From the NCBI RefSeq assembly GCF_030028105.1, contig NC_092397.1, positions 28,301,097 through 28,365,096 of the forward strand: DNA of 64,000 nt, in the 5' to 3' direction. The stretch's first letter is position 1. Every line of letters starts with the position of its first letter. Below are positions 51,269 through 64,000 of the stretch, in pieces. Position numbers and translations under genes: made by a program. The notes beneath the pieces were generated by a model. It had not been told where the DNA came from. It ran no database searches and saw only the letters and a list, made by a program, of their open reading frames with translations. Source of the DNA: Mobula birostris (lineage: Eukaryota).

Positions 51269-51919
51269 ATGACCGAGACAGCACCCGCCGAAACGGCTCC
51301 TCCAGCCGCACCCGCCGCCGCAAAGAAGACTCCCAAGAAGAAGGCGGCCGGCCGGAGCAAACCAGCCGGTCCCAAACTGGGCGAACAAATCGATAAGATT
51401 GTGGCGGATTGTCGCGATAGGAAGGGGATGTCCGCTGTGGCCATCATGAAGGCTCTGACCGGCAGCGGTGTCGATGTGGGGAAACGTCGCGCCCAGATCA
51501 GGATGTGCATCAAGAAGAGAGTGGAAAGCGGCTCCTTGGTTCAGATCAAGGGCGCGGGTCTTTCGGGATCCTTTAAATCCGGTCAAGGAAAAAGTGCTGT
51601 GAAAGCGGTGAAGAAAGCGAACAAGCCATCGGTAAAGAAATCTGCCATCAAGAAATCTCCCAGCAAGAAGTCTGGCGCCAAGAACCCAGCGGCTAAGAAA
51701 GCGGTAGCTAAGAAACCAGCGGCTAAAAAAGCGGCAGCTAAGAAACCAGCGGCTAAAAAAGCGGCAGCTAAGAAACCAGCGGCTAAAAAAACGGCAGCTA
51801 AGAAACCAGCGGCTAAAAAAACGGCAGCTAAGAAACCAGCGGCGTCGAAGCCAAAGAGCCCCAAGAAACTCGCAGCCCCGAAGAAGAAGGCGGCCAAGAA
51901 GACAGCAGTCAAAAAGTGA
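51269..51919 (+). CDS. H1: Linker histone H1, replication-dependent type
   Basis: MTETAPAE N-tail, winged-helix globular domain ending [15 protein letters not shown], Lys/Ala/Pro C-tail with SPKK/TPKK motifs, stem-loop. Confidence 0.96.
   Translation: MTETAPAETAPPAAPAAAKKTPKKKAAGRSKPAGPKLGEQIDKIVADCRDRKGMSAVAIMKALTGSGVDVGKRRAQIRMCIKKRVESGSLVQIKGAGLSGSFKSGQGKSAVKAVKKANKPSVKKSAIKKSPSKKSGAKNPAAKKAVAKKPAAKKAAAKKPAAKKAAAKKPAAKKTAAKKPAAKKTAAKKPAASKPKSPKKLAAPKKKAAKKTAVKK
51680..51843 (+). repeat. Coding 30-bp tandem repeat in the H1 tail, ~5.5 units
   Basis: AAGAAACCAGCGGCTAAAAAA(G/A)CGGCAGCT, encoding KKPAAKK(A/T)AA. Confidence 0.95.
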
Positions 51920-51955
51920 ATTGAGATATACCGTTTGTAAGTGTTTGAACCCAAC

Positions 51956-51994
51956 GGCTCTTCTCAGAGCCACCCACATCTCAGAAAAGAGCTG
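51956..51994 (+). terminator. Histone 3' stem-loop and downstream element (H1)
   Basis: GGCTCT-TCTC-AGAGCC at 51956-51971; AAAAGAGCTG at 51985-51994. Confidence 0.95.
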
Positions 51995-52756
51995 ATCGTG
52001 AATATTGTGATTCCCGCTGTGGGTCCGACTGAGTTTTGCGGGGGAACTTACCGCATAAAACCCGATTTTCCCGGTACCTCTCTGACATTCAGAGCGGCCC
52101 TGACGTCCCAGATTTGAAGTGAAACACTGCGTTTCACTCGGGTTGTGTGTGTGTGAGAGAGAGTGAGACCGGTGGGGTGGTCTGCAGGCCCAGTTCGTTC
52201 TCCCGCTCCAGGACAGCGTGACTGAGATTCCGCGCCTCGCATCGCAAAGCCCGATTCAGCTGAGTTGATTGGGAACTGCTGAAACCTATGTGAGAGGGGG
52301 AGGGGGCGTCTTGAGAGAGGGATCTGTCTCTGGGGATGGCCTGCAGGGGGAAGATATATGATAACCTACCCGGCGACTTTGCCGACTGACCTTCAATCAG
52401 GTACCAGCTACAAAAGTTTATTTACACAACATTTACAAGAATAAAATCAAAAATATATAATTACCGCTCTCGGAAATCTCCCACTGTACCCATCGCGACC
52501 GCATGCTCCCACTCCAAGGACAGCCGGGCATGTCGAAAGCAAACAAAACGGTAACAGCCGCAGCAGCTGTACATGCCAGGTTTGTGGGAGAAGTGAAGGG
52601 CCAGATGAGACCCTGACAGGGAGGGAGCGCGTTCATCTCCTGTCTCTCGCTGAATTAACCTGTCGGCACAGAACAGCTGATGATTGCGGTCAGTTAATGC
52701 AAAACCGAACAACCCCATCAGGAAGGCAGATCGTCACTACAATAATCAGCAAGCGA

Positions 52757-52797
52757 CAGCCCTTTCCTTTGCTGTGGTAGTGGCTCTTAAAAGAGCC
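52757..52797 (-). terminator. Histone 3' stem-loop and downstream element (H3)
   Basis: Minus strand GGCTCT-TTTA-AGAGCC at 52797-52782; GGAAAGGGCTG at 52767-52757. Confidence 0.95.
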
Positions 52798-52826
52798 TTT
52801 TCTTGTGCTTGTTGTGGAGGCTGGGT

Positions 52827-53485
<659 letters not shown>

Positions 53486-53841
53486 GGATTAATTTAAAAT
53501 CGCCTGGCAATTGAAGACCACCCAGCAGCGGTGCTTGATTACATTTTATTTACAATTAATTGTATGACGAATTATACAAATTCAGTTTCGTTTAATAAAT
53601 TTAATATCTAATTTCCTCAGTTAAGATTTAAATTCACAACTGCAGAATCGTTCTCTAAACGAGTGAACTGATTTCTGTTCGAAACTGATAGAGGATTAAA
53701 ATCGATCCTAATGCAGGTTTTGCGGTAATCACTGACTGGAAAGGCAGAATTGCAGTATGTTTCAAGCGGAATCGATCAATCTGTTTCAAATGCAACCCAA
53801 CTGAATGTATCGATAAAAAATAATTAAAAGTCTGCGGATAC

Positions 53842-53881
53842 GGCTCCGTTTGTGAGGCGGTGGGTGGCTCTTAGAAGAGCC
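53842..53881 (-). terminator. Histone 3' stem-loop and downstream element (H4)
   Basis: Minus strand GGCTCT-TCTA-AGAGCC at 53881-53866; AAACGGAGCC downstream. Confidence 0.95.
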
Positions 53882-53914
53882 TTTGTTTTGTGCTCGGGAG
53901 GAAGTGGGAGTTTT

Positions 53915-54235
<321 letters not shown>

Positions 54236-57200
54236 TCACTCAAGGTCGCTGCTCACTGACAAACTGCCTGCTGCTGTCTCCTTTTATACACAGCGCCCCG
54301 ACCTGCCCGAGAAACGCGCAGAGAGACAGAGGCGGGGAGGGGAGGAGACAGAGTCAGAGTGACGGACAGAGCCGAGAGCGGCCTCTCATCGTCCAGCTCC
54401 GCCTTCACTTTACCACAACCGCCAATTTCCAACGATTCATCCGACACGAAGCGCTCCAGCGAAAAACAAAACTCCCTCACACACCACGTACATACTATGG
54501 GTTTTCTGGGAATTTGCCGATTCTCCTGCTTTAAATTAAAGGAAGTGCTTTTCCATTCTACAAATCCCCGAGGACCTCGGTCTGTCCCTCCCGGCCCCAT
54601 GACCAGTGTCAGCGCCCTCACACACAGCAGTTGGTGGGAGAGGGTGCAGTCACTTCCAGTGATGAGGGGGTTGATTCATTAGAACAATTGTTCCTCTGGG
54701 TCGTCAGGGAAATGAAAGACTGGTCACATACAAGAACAGGATACATAACCAGATATATAGACCGCGCTTCTGGCGCCTTCTAAAGCCCAGGTAAAGGGGT
54801 GGCTGAGGAGCTGGTGCGAGGTGGGTGGTTCTTCAGGTACAAGGATCTTTGGGTCTCAAGGGAAACGAGAGGCGGGTCCAAGGAGGAGGGGAGCCAATAT
54901 GTTTCCGGGGAGCCTTCTTCGTGCTGCATGGAAGGGTTTAAACGAGCAGGGATGTTAAGTCCTACACACTGGTTTTAGAGAACTAGGTTAAAAAAACAGC
55001 AGGACTTCCAGGATTGTAATCGCGGAATTGTGACCAAAACCATGCGCTAGTGTGGTGAGAAATCGATGTTTCGCGCAGTTTAATATGTTGCTGAGGAACT
55101 GATGCAGGAGGGAGGTTTTCAGATTCATGGATTCATGGGTGGTCCAGGCAGCTGGGAGACCGGGACAAACAAGACCATTTGCATTTGAACCGGACGGGAA
55201 CCAATATCTTCACCAGGAGGTTTGATGGTGTCACTTGGCAGAGTTTGAACTGGAGTAGCAAGTGGGAGAATGTATGTCTGACAAGACAGTCTGAAAAGAA
55301 CGAGAGCCAATGTCAGGCTAATAAACATGGTGGGATTGCTGGGCTGAAATGAGTTTATTTCAACATTAGGAGTTTTATGTCATCGGACGGACAGGGCTGG
55401 CAGCTCAACATTCCTGGGTTTGATTGTTTTACATGTGAGTGGGGGTGGGAGGGGGGGTTAAAAGATGCAGAGGTTACCCCACTGGGAATGTCACTGCAAA
55501 CTGGAAGGTTCATTTACAGAGGCAATCTGCAGTTACACTGTTGGGATGTTTGCACTGGCCCCACAATAACCAGTGGGGGGACTTTATCTTCCCTAGAATT
55601 GACTGGAATTTGCTCAATACTAAGAAGCGCAAGATTTCTTCAGTGAATCTGAGGAAAGTTTGAAACATTATGTCGAGCCCAACCAGAGTTGAGAACATGT
55701 GGGAATTAGTTTTGGGAAATGAACCAGACCAGGAGACAGCCAAGACTCAATGAAAATTTTGGGATCTTATATTTTTCTGAGTTATGAGTAAGAATAAAAT
55801 TAGATCTTGTAAGAAGGTACTAAATTGCAGGAGGGCAAGTTAGGACGTAGTAAGACAGAAGCCAAGGGGCATTGATTGGGAGCAGCCACATGTGGGAGTT
55901 GTTTAAAGACAACCAGGTCAGAGTTAAATATTGAGGTACAGGATTTATGCACATTTGCAAAGGCATGGCCTGCTTAGGGACAATCAGCATGGTTTTGTGT
56001 GGGCAGATCATGCTTGACAAAGTTGCTCGAGGTTTGTGAGGTGATGACAGAGACTAAGGTATAGGAGTAGAATTAGACCATTTGGCCCATCGAGTCTGCT
56101 CTGACATTTCATTGTGGCTGATCCATTTTTCCTCTCAGCCCCAATCTCCTGCCTTCTCCATGTGTCCCTTCATGCTCTGACCAATCAAGAATCTATCGAT
56201 CTCTACCTTAAATATACCTTGGCCTCCACAGCTGCTGCCTGTGACAACGAATTCCACAGATTCACCACTCTCTCTAAAGAAATTCCTCCTCATCTCCATT
56301 CTAAAAGGATGCTCCTCTATTCTGCGGCTGTGTCCTCTGGTCTTACACTCCCATCCTCTCCACATCAACTTTATCACAGTGATAGGTTTCAATTAGTCAT
56401 CCCTCATTGTTCTCAATTCCAGTGAATAAAAGGCCCAGAGCCATGAAATGTTCTTCATATGACAAGCTGTTTGATCCTGGAATCATTTCAGAGAATCTCG
56501 TTTGAAACCCATCCAGTTTCAGCTCACCCTTCCATACAGGGCCCAAAACTGCTCCCAATACTCCAAGTGAGACTTTGCCAGTACTTCATAAAGTCTCAAC
56601 ATTACAGTCTTGTTTTTATATTCCAGTCCTCTTGAAATGAATGCTAACATCACAGTTGCCTTTCTCAGCAGAGACCCAACCTGCAAATTAGCCTTTAGAG
56701 AATCCTGCACAATGACTCCCAAATCCCTTTGTACCTCAATTTTTTGTATCTTCTCTCCATTTAGAAAATAATCAACCCTACTATTTCTTCAACCAAAGTG
56801 CATGACCATACACTTCCCAATTCTGTATTCCATCTGCCACTTCTTTGCCCATTCTCTTCATCTGTCTGTCCTTCCCTATTTCCTCAAAAATACCTGCACC
56901 TCCACCTGTCTCTTCATATCATCTGCAAATTTTGCAATAAATTCATGAATTCCATCATCCAAATCATTGACATATAATGTGAAAAGAATGAGACCCAACA
57001 TCTTGGTGCTTGATGAGGGCAAGGCTGTGGACATGATCCACATAAACCTCAGTACGGCATTTGAAAAAGAGCAGTGGGATTCAATATAAATTGCAATTTC
57101 AATTCAGAAATGGCTTTCTCATAGAAGGCTAAGTTGGGCTGGAAGTCTGTGAGCAGTGGTGATCCACAAGGATTGATGCTGGGAATTATGTTGTTTCTGA

Positions 57201-57604
57201 TACATATCGATGTTTGGATGAAAATGTTGATGGGCGGTTTACAAGTCTACAGGTGACAGCAAGATAGGTGGAATTGTGGACAGTGTAGATATTGATCAAT
57301 GCACACAGTGGGATACAGATCACAAACAGATATGCAGAGTAGCTGCAGAAGGAATTTAATCTGGGAGGGAATGTGGCGTTGCAGTTTGGGAGGTCAAATG
57401 AAAGAAGAAAGTATAATGTTAATAACTGACCCCTTCACAGCATTGGTGTAAAGAGTGATCTTGGGATCCAGGCACATAGTTCACTGAATGTGGCTACACA
57501 ACAGGATAAGGTGTGCAGAATGCTGGTTTCCACTGGTCAGGGTGTTAAGCATAAGAGTAAGGGTGTCATGTAATATAACGTACAGGGAATGGACCCTGTG
57601 CAGG

Positions 57605-57962
57605 TAGGTGTATTCACCTCCTTCAAGTCAGTATTTAGTCGATGGACCGTTGGCAGCAATTACAACCATGAGTCTATGTGGATAGGTCACTATCAGCTTT
57701 GCACATCTGGACACTGCAATTTTTCCCATTCTTCCTTACAAAACTGCTCAAGGTCTGTCAGAATGCACAGAGTTTATGAGTGAACAGCCCTTTTCAAGTC
57801 CAGCCACAGACTGAGGTCTGGACTCTGACTTGGCCACACCAGGACATGAACTGTGTTGTCTTAAGGCATTCCTGTGCAGCTTTGGTTTTAAGCTCGCAGT
57901 CATTGTCTTGCTGGAAAACAAATCTTTTCTGAAGTCTCAGTTCTCTTGCAGATTGCATTAGG
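57605..57962 (-). mobile_element. Tc1-like fragment, counterpart of ~22100-22470
   Basis: Reverse complement aligns with the catalytic end of the arm-1 Tc1 element. Confidence 0.75.
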
Positions 57963-57964
57963 TA

Positions 57965-58352
57965 CAGCTCATCCTTAGGGAATGTGTGGTTTGTGGAAGG
58001 ATGATGATCTGAGGAGCTGGGTGACAGGCAGAAAAGGCAAAGCGATGAAGAGAAAGGAATCCAATAGGAGAGAACTTTGGACCATGGGATGACACGAAGG
58101 AGGTGGAGAACCAGACAGAGTTGATGGGCAGGTCATGAGGGGGTGTGAAGAGAGGTGAAGGGGTTAAATGGTATCAGAATGGGGGAAAAGAAGTGGGGGT
58201 GAGGGAAACAGAGTGCAGTGATATCCGGAATTGGTAGAAATCAATGTTCATTCTATCAAGATTGGAGGCTGCACAGTCAGAAAATGAGGTGTTGTTCGGC
58301 TAACCTGTATTTGGCTTCGTCGTAGCAGTAGAGGAGGCCACATGCAAACATG
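57965..58352 (-). mobile_element. Penelope-like GIY-YIG 3' fragment
   Basis: Minus strand encodes AEQHLIF*LCSLQS...MNIDF, followed by a pyrimidine tract. Confidence 0.65.
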
Positions 58353-58419
58353 TTGGTGATGGCTCTCTGCTGGTCAGGGTCGACCATGGATATTGCGCCC
58401 TAGCTGTGGAAGTCGATAT

Positions 58420-58640
58420 GCAAGTCGGGGAAGTACGATACGTAAAGCAAGTCAGGGACGTACGAAACGTAAAGCAAGTCAGGGACGTATGAAACGTAAA
58501 GCAAGTCGGGGACGTACGAAACGTAAAGCAAGTCAGGGACGTGCGAAACGTAAAGCAAGTCAGGGACGTACGAAACGTAAAGCAAGTCAGGGAAGTACGA
58601 TACGTGAAGCAAGTCGGGGACGTACGATACGTAAAGCAAG
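58420..58640. repeat. CpG-rich 27-bp minisatellite, ~8 units
   Basis: Unit GCAAGTCAGGGACGTACGAAACGTAAA with few variants. Confidence 0.95.
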
Positions 58641-61600
58641 CAGTCGCCCATGCAGGAGCTGATGAATCCAGAGCAACAGCGGAGACCGATGGAGTCAAGC
58701 ACCAGCGGTGTCGCAGGATTGCCAGTCTGCACTGAACATCAGACCATCAGACCGACAAGGAGTTAGTGTTCACAGTGGGGACACAGAAAACATCCCACAG
58801 ATATCTGATGGTGACATTTCAATATTGTGCCATAATGTGTAACAACCGCTGTCTCCAGGGAGAAACTAATGGGACTAAAAGCAAACATTACCAGGTCCCA
58901 ACGACCTGCAATAAAGTCTGGAGAGAAAGGAGAGACATTGAAGTCTGTCAAAACTCACTGTTACAGAAAGGTCCCAGTTAGTTGAAAACCATTGTTGAAG
59001 AAGGGCGGAAGGCAACTGTAGTCCTGTTAACTTCACTTCAGGTACTGGAGTCGATAATCTATCAAGAAATAGCAAATCATTTCGAAAAGTTTAATGTCAT
59101 TGAACTAAGTCAACAGGGTTTACAGTCAGATTCACACAGCACAGAAACAAGACCTTCAGCTCAAATTGTCCACTATGACCAAAGTTTCCATCTGAGTTCG
59201 TGGTCTGTAACCCCCTCACCACCACCAACTGGAAAAGTTGCCCTTCAGGTTCCTATTAAATCTCATCTTAAACCAATGCCCTCCAGTTCTTGATTCCCCA
59301 ACACTGGCAAAATAATTGTTATCTTTGACCCAACTCAGGCCCCTTATTATTTTTTACACCTCTGCAATATCATTACTCATTCTCCAACATTCCAGGGAAA
59401 ATTGACCAAAACGCTTTCCACAAATCAGTCCTTCAAGATCCAGCAACATCCTCGTAAATCTCCTCTGCTCTCTTCCCAGCTTAATGGTGTCTGTCAGACA
59501 GCAGGGTCACTGAAACTAAACACTATTTGCGAAATGCGGCCAAACCAACGTGTTGGACAACTGCAACATTTCATCCCAGCTTCTATATTCGGTGCCCTGA
59601 CTGAAGGCCAGTGTTCCAAAAGCCTCTTCACCACCCTGTCCATCTGGAACCTGGTCTTGGACCCTGTAACCTGGGTTGTTGAATGTTCAGTCATGTTTGA
59701 CAAACATACCAGAGATTTGAGACTTTACAGAGGAAGTTGGAGAAGTGGTGTTATTGGATTTTTGGGAGCCATTTGCCAAGGTGCCACATGTCAGGCTGGT
59801 GCACAAGACCAGAGCTCAGTACTGGGAAGGAAGTGTGTTAATACTGACTGAAGACTGGTTACCATACTGAGACAGAATAACAGGTCTGTTTCAGACTGGG
59901 ATGATATTACTAGTGGAGTTTCCCAGTGACCAGTTCTGGATCGACAATGATTTATTATTGATATTAATGACCTAGAGGAGGGAGTTCAATGACAGGGAAT
60001 GTGGTGGGAGACATGTTGTGATTGGACATTTCATCTCTCCAACAGGATAAGAAGAAGCTGGTGAGTAGAATACTTGGTAAATGGAGTTTAATGTGGTGAA
60101 GTATGATGGCGTGTAGAGTGGTAGGAGGAATCAAAAGTCAGACTGTGATTTATGTGGAGATAAATTGTAAACGAGAGAAATAGAGAGGGGTCAAGGTGCT
60201 GAACTACACAACAAAATAGAGATGGATGCAGTGAGTGGTTCATAAAACCATATATGACCAAGGTTCAGAGCTGAATGGTTCATTGACATTCACTGCTGGG
60301 TTGTTGGTGCGGAGAAACAGAGAAATGTTGTTACTGTGACAGACAAGTGCACAATGATGGATTTTGGGAAGTTAAAGCAGGTCAGGACATATCCAGTGAA
60401 TGGAGGGTCCTGAGGAGTGTTGATGAAAGAGAAACCTGGGGCACAGGTGCGTAATTCCCTGAAAGTGCCAACACAGGTAGAAAAGGTGGTGAAGAAGGAA
60501 CACGACATGCTTGTCTTCATTGGCAAAGGCTCTGAGAGGAGTTGGGTCATCACATTACAGTTGTACATATCAATAATGACACCACACCAGGAGTACCCTG
60601 TGCAGTTCTGGTCACATGAGAGGAAGGATGTGATTAAGCTGGAAAGGTGCACAAACGATTCACAGGAATGTTATCTGGACTGGGGGCTTGAGTTACAAGG
60701 AAAGATCAGACCGACTGGGACTGTCTTCCCTGGAGTGAAGGAGACTGAGAGGAGACCTGACAGAAGTTTATAAAACTATGAGAGGTGTAGACAAGGTAAA
60801 CAGGCAGAATCATTTTGCCAGGGTAGAAATATCAAATATGAGAAGGTGCAGCTTTAAAATGCCAGGGTGAGAATTTAAAGGTGGACGTTAGGGCAGGTAA
60901 GATTTCTGTTTCTGTACAGAGAGTGGTGAGGGCCGGGTATGGGCTGCCATGGGGAGTGGTGGAAGCAGATACGATAATGACATTTAACAGGGTTTTAGAC
61001 AAGTCCATGAATATTCAGAGAATTTAAGCACATGAATTATAAGCAGGCAGAAGAGATTAAGTTTCATTTGGCATCGTGTTCAGCACAGACATCATGGGAA
61101 GAAGGGTCTGTTCCTGTGCTGTACTGTTCTGTGTTCTCGGTGAGCCTCAGTGACAGGGGAGTCTTTAGCCAGGGTCACAGTCAGGTGTAGCTGTGGTAAG
61201 GAGAGAGACTGCACGATGGTGCATTACCTCCCTGGTACCAGGGACAGGGATGGAACTGAACAAGTACAGGCCATTCTGAAAGGGCAGGGTGAGCAGCCAG
61301 AGGTCGTGGTCCATATTGGCTCTAACAAAAGAGACAAAGTCCTGCAAAGAGAACTTAGGGAGTTGGGGAAAAGTTAAGTAGAAACTCTGGTGGGGGGTGG
61401 GGATAATCCCAGTACCACTCGCTAGCGAGGGAAGGAAAAAAAAAGGTATCACAGTTCCGGCCCAAAACGGTGACTTTTCGTTTCCACGGATGCTGCCCGA
61501 CCTGCTGAGTTCCTCCAGCGTGGTGTGCATGTTGCTTTGACCCCAGCATCCGCAGAGTATTTTGTGTTTACAGAGATCCAGCTGAGAGAAGGGCAAGACT

Positions 61601-62489
61601 GGAAGTGAAACATTCCAGGATTCAGATGATTCAGACAGTCCAGAGGGAGGTGAATGAGGTTGGGGATCTGTACGGCTGATCAGGCAGAATGTCACAAGGT
61701 CGAGGTCACTCTGGAGGCTCCTCCAGTCAGACAATGTGGGTGAAGTTCAGGAATAAGAAAGGAGCAATCCCCGTGCTAGGATTATACTGGAAGCCTCACA
61801 ACGGCCAGTAAGAGAGGAACAGATATGTCGGCAGGTTATGGACTGATGTAAAAACTACAGAGTAGATGTGGTGAGTGAATAATCTCCCCAGAGTAACTGG
61901 GACTCCCTTGCACCCTCAGGCTTGGATGGAGCATTATCTGTGTTCAGGAAGATTTCCTGAAACAATATGTGGTCTACCAGGGAGGGGGACATTCTTGACT
62001 TCACCTTGGGAAATATGGGACTCAGCAGAGTGGTGGCAGGAACAACCAGTGTTCAAAGAGGAATTAGACAGGTCCTTCAGGGGAAATGACCTGCAGAGTT
62101 GTGGGTGCAGTGGGGAATGGGATTGTGGAAATGTTGTAGCAGGAGTTGGTATAAATTTGATGGGTCAAATAGTCTCGACGATCACAGAATGATTCTCTGC
62201 CCAATAATAGTCTGAAAAAAATCACTCTGGTCGCCAGTGAATCTACCAAACTCCAGGATGGACAAGATCAATTGTGTAATAAGGACACACTTCTGTTGAA
62301 ACACTGACACTATATATCAAGCACACTGAGCTGCCAGAGCACAGCACCGGCCAGTGAGGACACAGACCAGTACAACACCCAGCTCTCTACTACAAAGTTC
62401 AAAGCTGAAAATAAATGTATTATCAAAATACATTTCTGTCACCATATACAACCCTGAGATTAGTTTTCTTGTGGGCATACTGCTGGTTT

Positions 62490-63612
62490 GTTAGAGCGGT
62501 TGGGGAGGGTTTAAACTAATTTGGCAGGAGCATGGGAACTGGTGTGAAAGGATGCAGGATAGGACAGATGGTAAAGAAAGCAAAGATCGCATGCAGTCAC
62601 ACTGTCAGGAAGGGCAGGCAGATGATAGGACATAACTGCAGCCAGCAGGGTGAGTATCAGTGCATGAGGGATGCAGAATCAATAAGGGTAGCAAATGCAG
62701 AACTCAAACTGTTATATCTCAATACACGGAGTGTAAGAAATAAGGTGGATAATCTTATTGCCCTATTACGGATTGTCATGTTTAATGTTGTGACCATCAC
62801 TGAATCACGGCTGAAGAATGTTTGTATTTGGGAGCTAAATGCCCCAGGTTACACGTATCAGAGGGATAGGAAGGTAGGCAATGGGGATGGCGTGGCTCTG
62901 CTGGTAAAGAATGGTAACGAATCAGTAGAAAGATGTGACACAGGATCGGAAGATGTTGAATCCTTGTGAGCTGAGTTTAAAAACTGCAAGTGTAAAAAGG
63001 ACGTTGATGGTAGTTGTATACAGGCCTCCCAACAGTTGCTGGTATGTGGACCACAGATTACAACAGGAAATAGAAAAGGCAGGTCAAAAGGGCAATGTTG
63101 TGGGAGATTTCATCGGAGTCATGGGAGATTTTAACATGCAGGTCGATTGGGAAAAATCAGGTTGGAAATAGATCTCGAGAGTGAGTTTGGTGAATGCCGA
63201 ACAGATGGCTTTTTGGAGCAGTTTGTCATTGAGCTACTAGGGGAACAGCTATACTGGATTGTGTGTTATTGAATAAACTGGAGGTGATTAGGGAGCTTAA
63301 GGTAAAAGAACCCTTAGGAGGCAGTGATCTCAGTATCATTGAGTTCAACCTGAAACTGGATAGGGAGAATGTACAGTCTGACACAGCAGTGTTTCAGTGG
63401 AGTAAAGGCAGTTACAGTGGTATGAGAGAAGAGTTGGCTAAAATAAATTGGAAGGAGATGCTGGCAGGGATGGCAGCAGAGAAGCAACAGTTTCTGGGGA
63501 GAATGAGGGAGGTGCAGGATGAATGTATTCCAAAAACAAATAAATACTCAAATGGCAAAATAGTACAACCGTGGCTGACAAGGAAATCAAAGCTAATGTA
63601 AAACCAAAAGGG
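62490..63612 (+). mobile_element. CR1 ORF2 endonuclease region, degenerate
   Basis: LLYLNTRSVRNK, VTITESR, VVYRPPN, MGDFN, GGSDLSII, QPWLT. Confidence 0.85.
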
Positions 63613-63615
63613 AGG

Positions 63616-64000
63616 TGTGATGAGAATACACATAAAATTAAGATGTTTGCTGGCCTGGGTTAGCATCAGTGGCATCAGCAGTTGGTCTGCCACCTGTCCT
63701 CAGGGGGAAGGAGAGATAAGGAACAATGAAGCAGCATGTGGAGATGGTAATGAAGGAGCCATCAGTCTGGGTATTGCCAAGATCGGCTCCCCCTTTGAAC
63801 CCTGAACTGTTTAAAGTGATGGACAGGCGATGTGAAGATGTGTAATGAGGGGGGGGGGGAGAGAGAGAGAGAGAGACACACACACACACACTCCCCCTTT
63901 GAACCCTGAACTGTTTGAAGTGATGGACAGGCGATACCCCAGCAGGGGGATAAAAAGGGACAGGTTCGCTAAGGCAGGACACACGACACCCGAGGTAACG
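63616..64000 (+). mobile_element. LTR, truncated by the window edge, related to 13748-14455
   Basis: Starts TGTGATG inside a CR1. Shares a GATGGACAGG(C/T)GATACCCCAGCAGGGGGATAAAAAG block with the solo LTR. Internal 45-bp duplication at 63787 and 63891. Confidence 0.65.

Noticed and set aside
58420-58640. CRISPR-like array
   Set aside because: Units are contiguous with no unique spacers, there are no cas genes, and the DNA is vertebrate.

Overview
Eukaryotic, repeat-rich vertebrate DNA. The repeat families (CR1 LINEs with TTCTATG tails, a V-SINE, Rex1/Babar, Penelope-like elements) suggest a cartilaginous fish, probably a ray; this is an inference. The window holds a dispersed replication-dependent histone cluster of seven intact intronless genes: H4 (+), H2B (+), H2B (+), H2A (+), H1 (+), H3.2 (-) and H4 (-). 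Each has a 3' stem-loop and a purine-rich downstream element. Most of the rest is decayed or nested transposons: CR1, Rex1/Babar, an I/Nimb-like LINE, Penelope-like elements with hammerhead-like motifs, Tc1, hAT and LTR elements. There is also a C2H2 zinc-finger pseudogene and a CpG-rich promoter near 10.5 kb. The main hidden structure is a ~9.5-kb inverted duplication (about 16.3-25.9 kb versus 53.4-62.9 kb) whose identity is layered and peaks sharply over H4. Birth-and-death relics are visible: an orphan H2A promoter cut off by a LINE, an orphan H4 promoter joined at a 10-bp microhomology where H3 is expected, two H4 3'-end relics, and an H2B with a Tyr-to-Cys change at the H4 interface. I found no new protein-coding system. 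The best novelty candidates are the cluster's rearrangement history and the short palindromic, hammerhead-bearing Penelope derivatives. Identity estimates are by eye, not computed.
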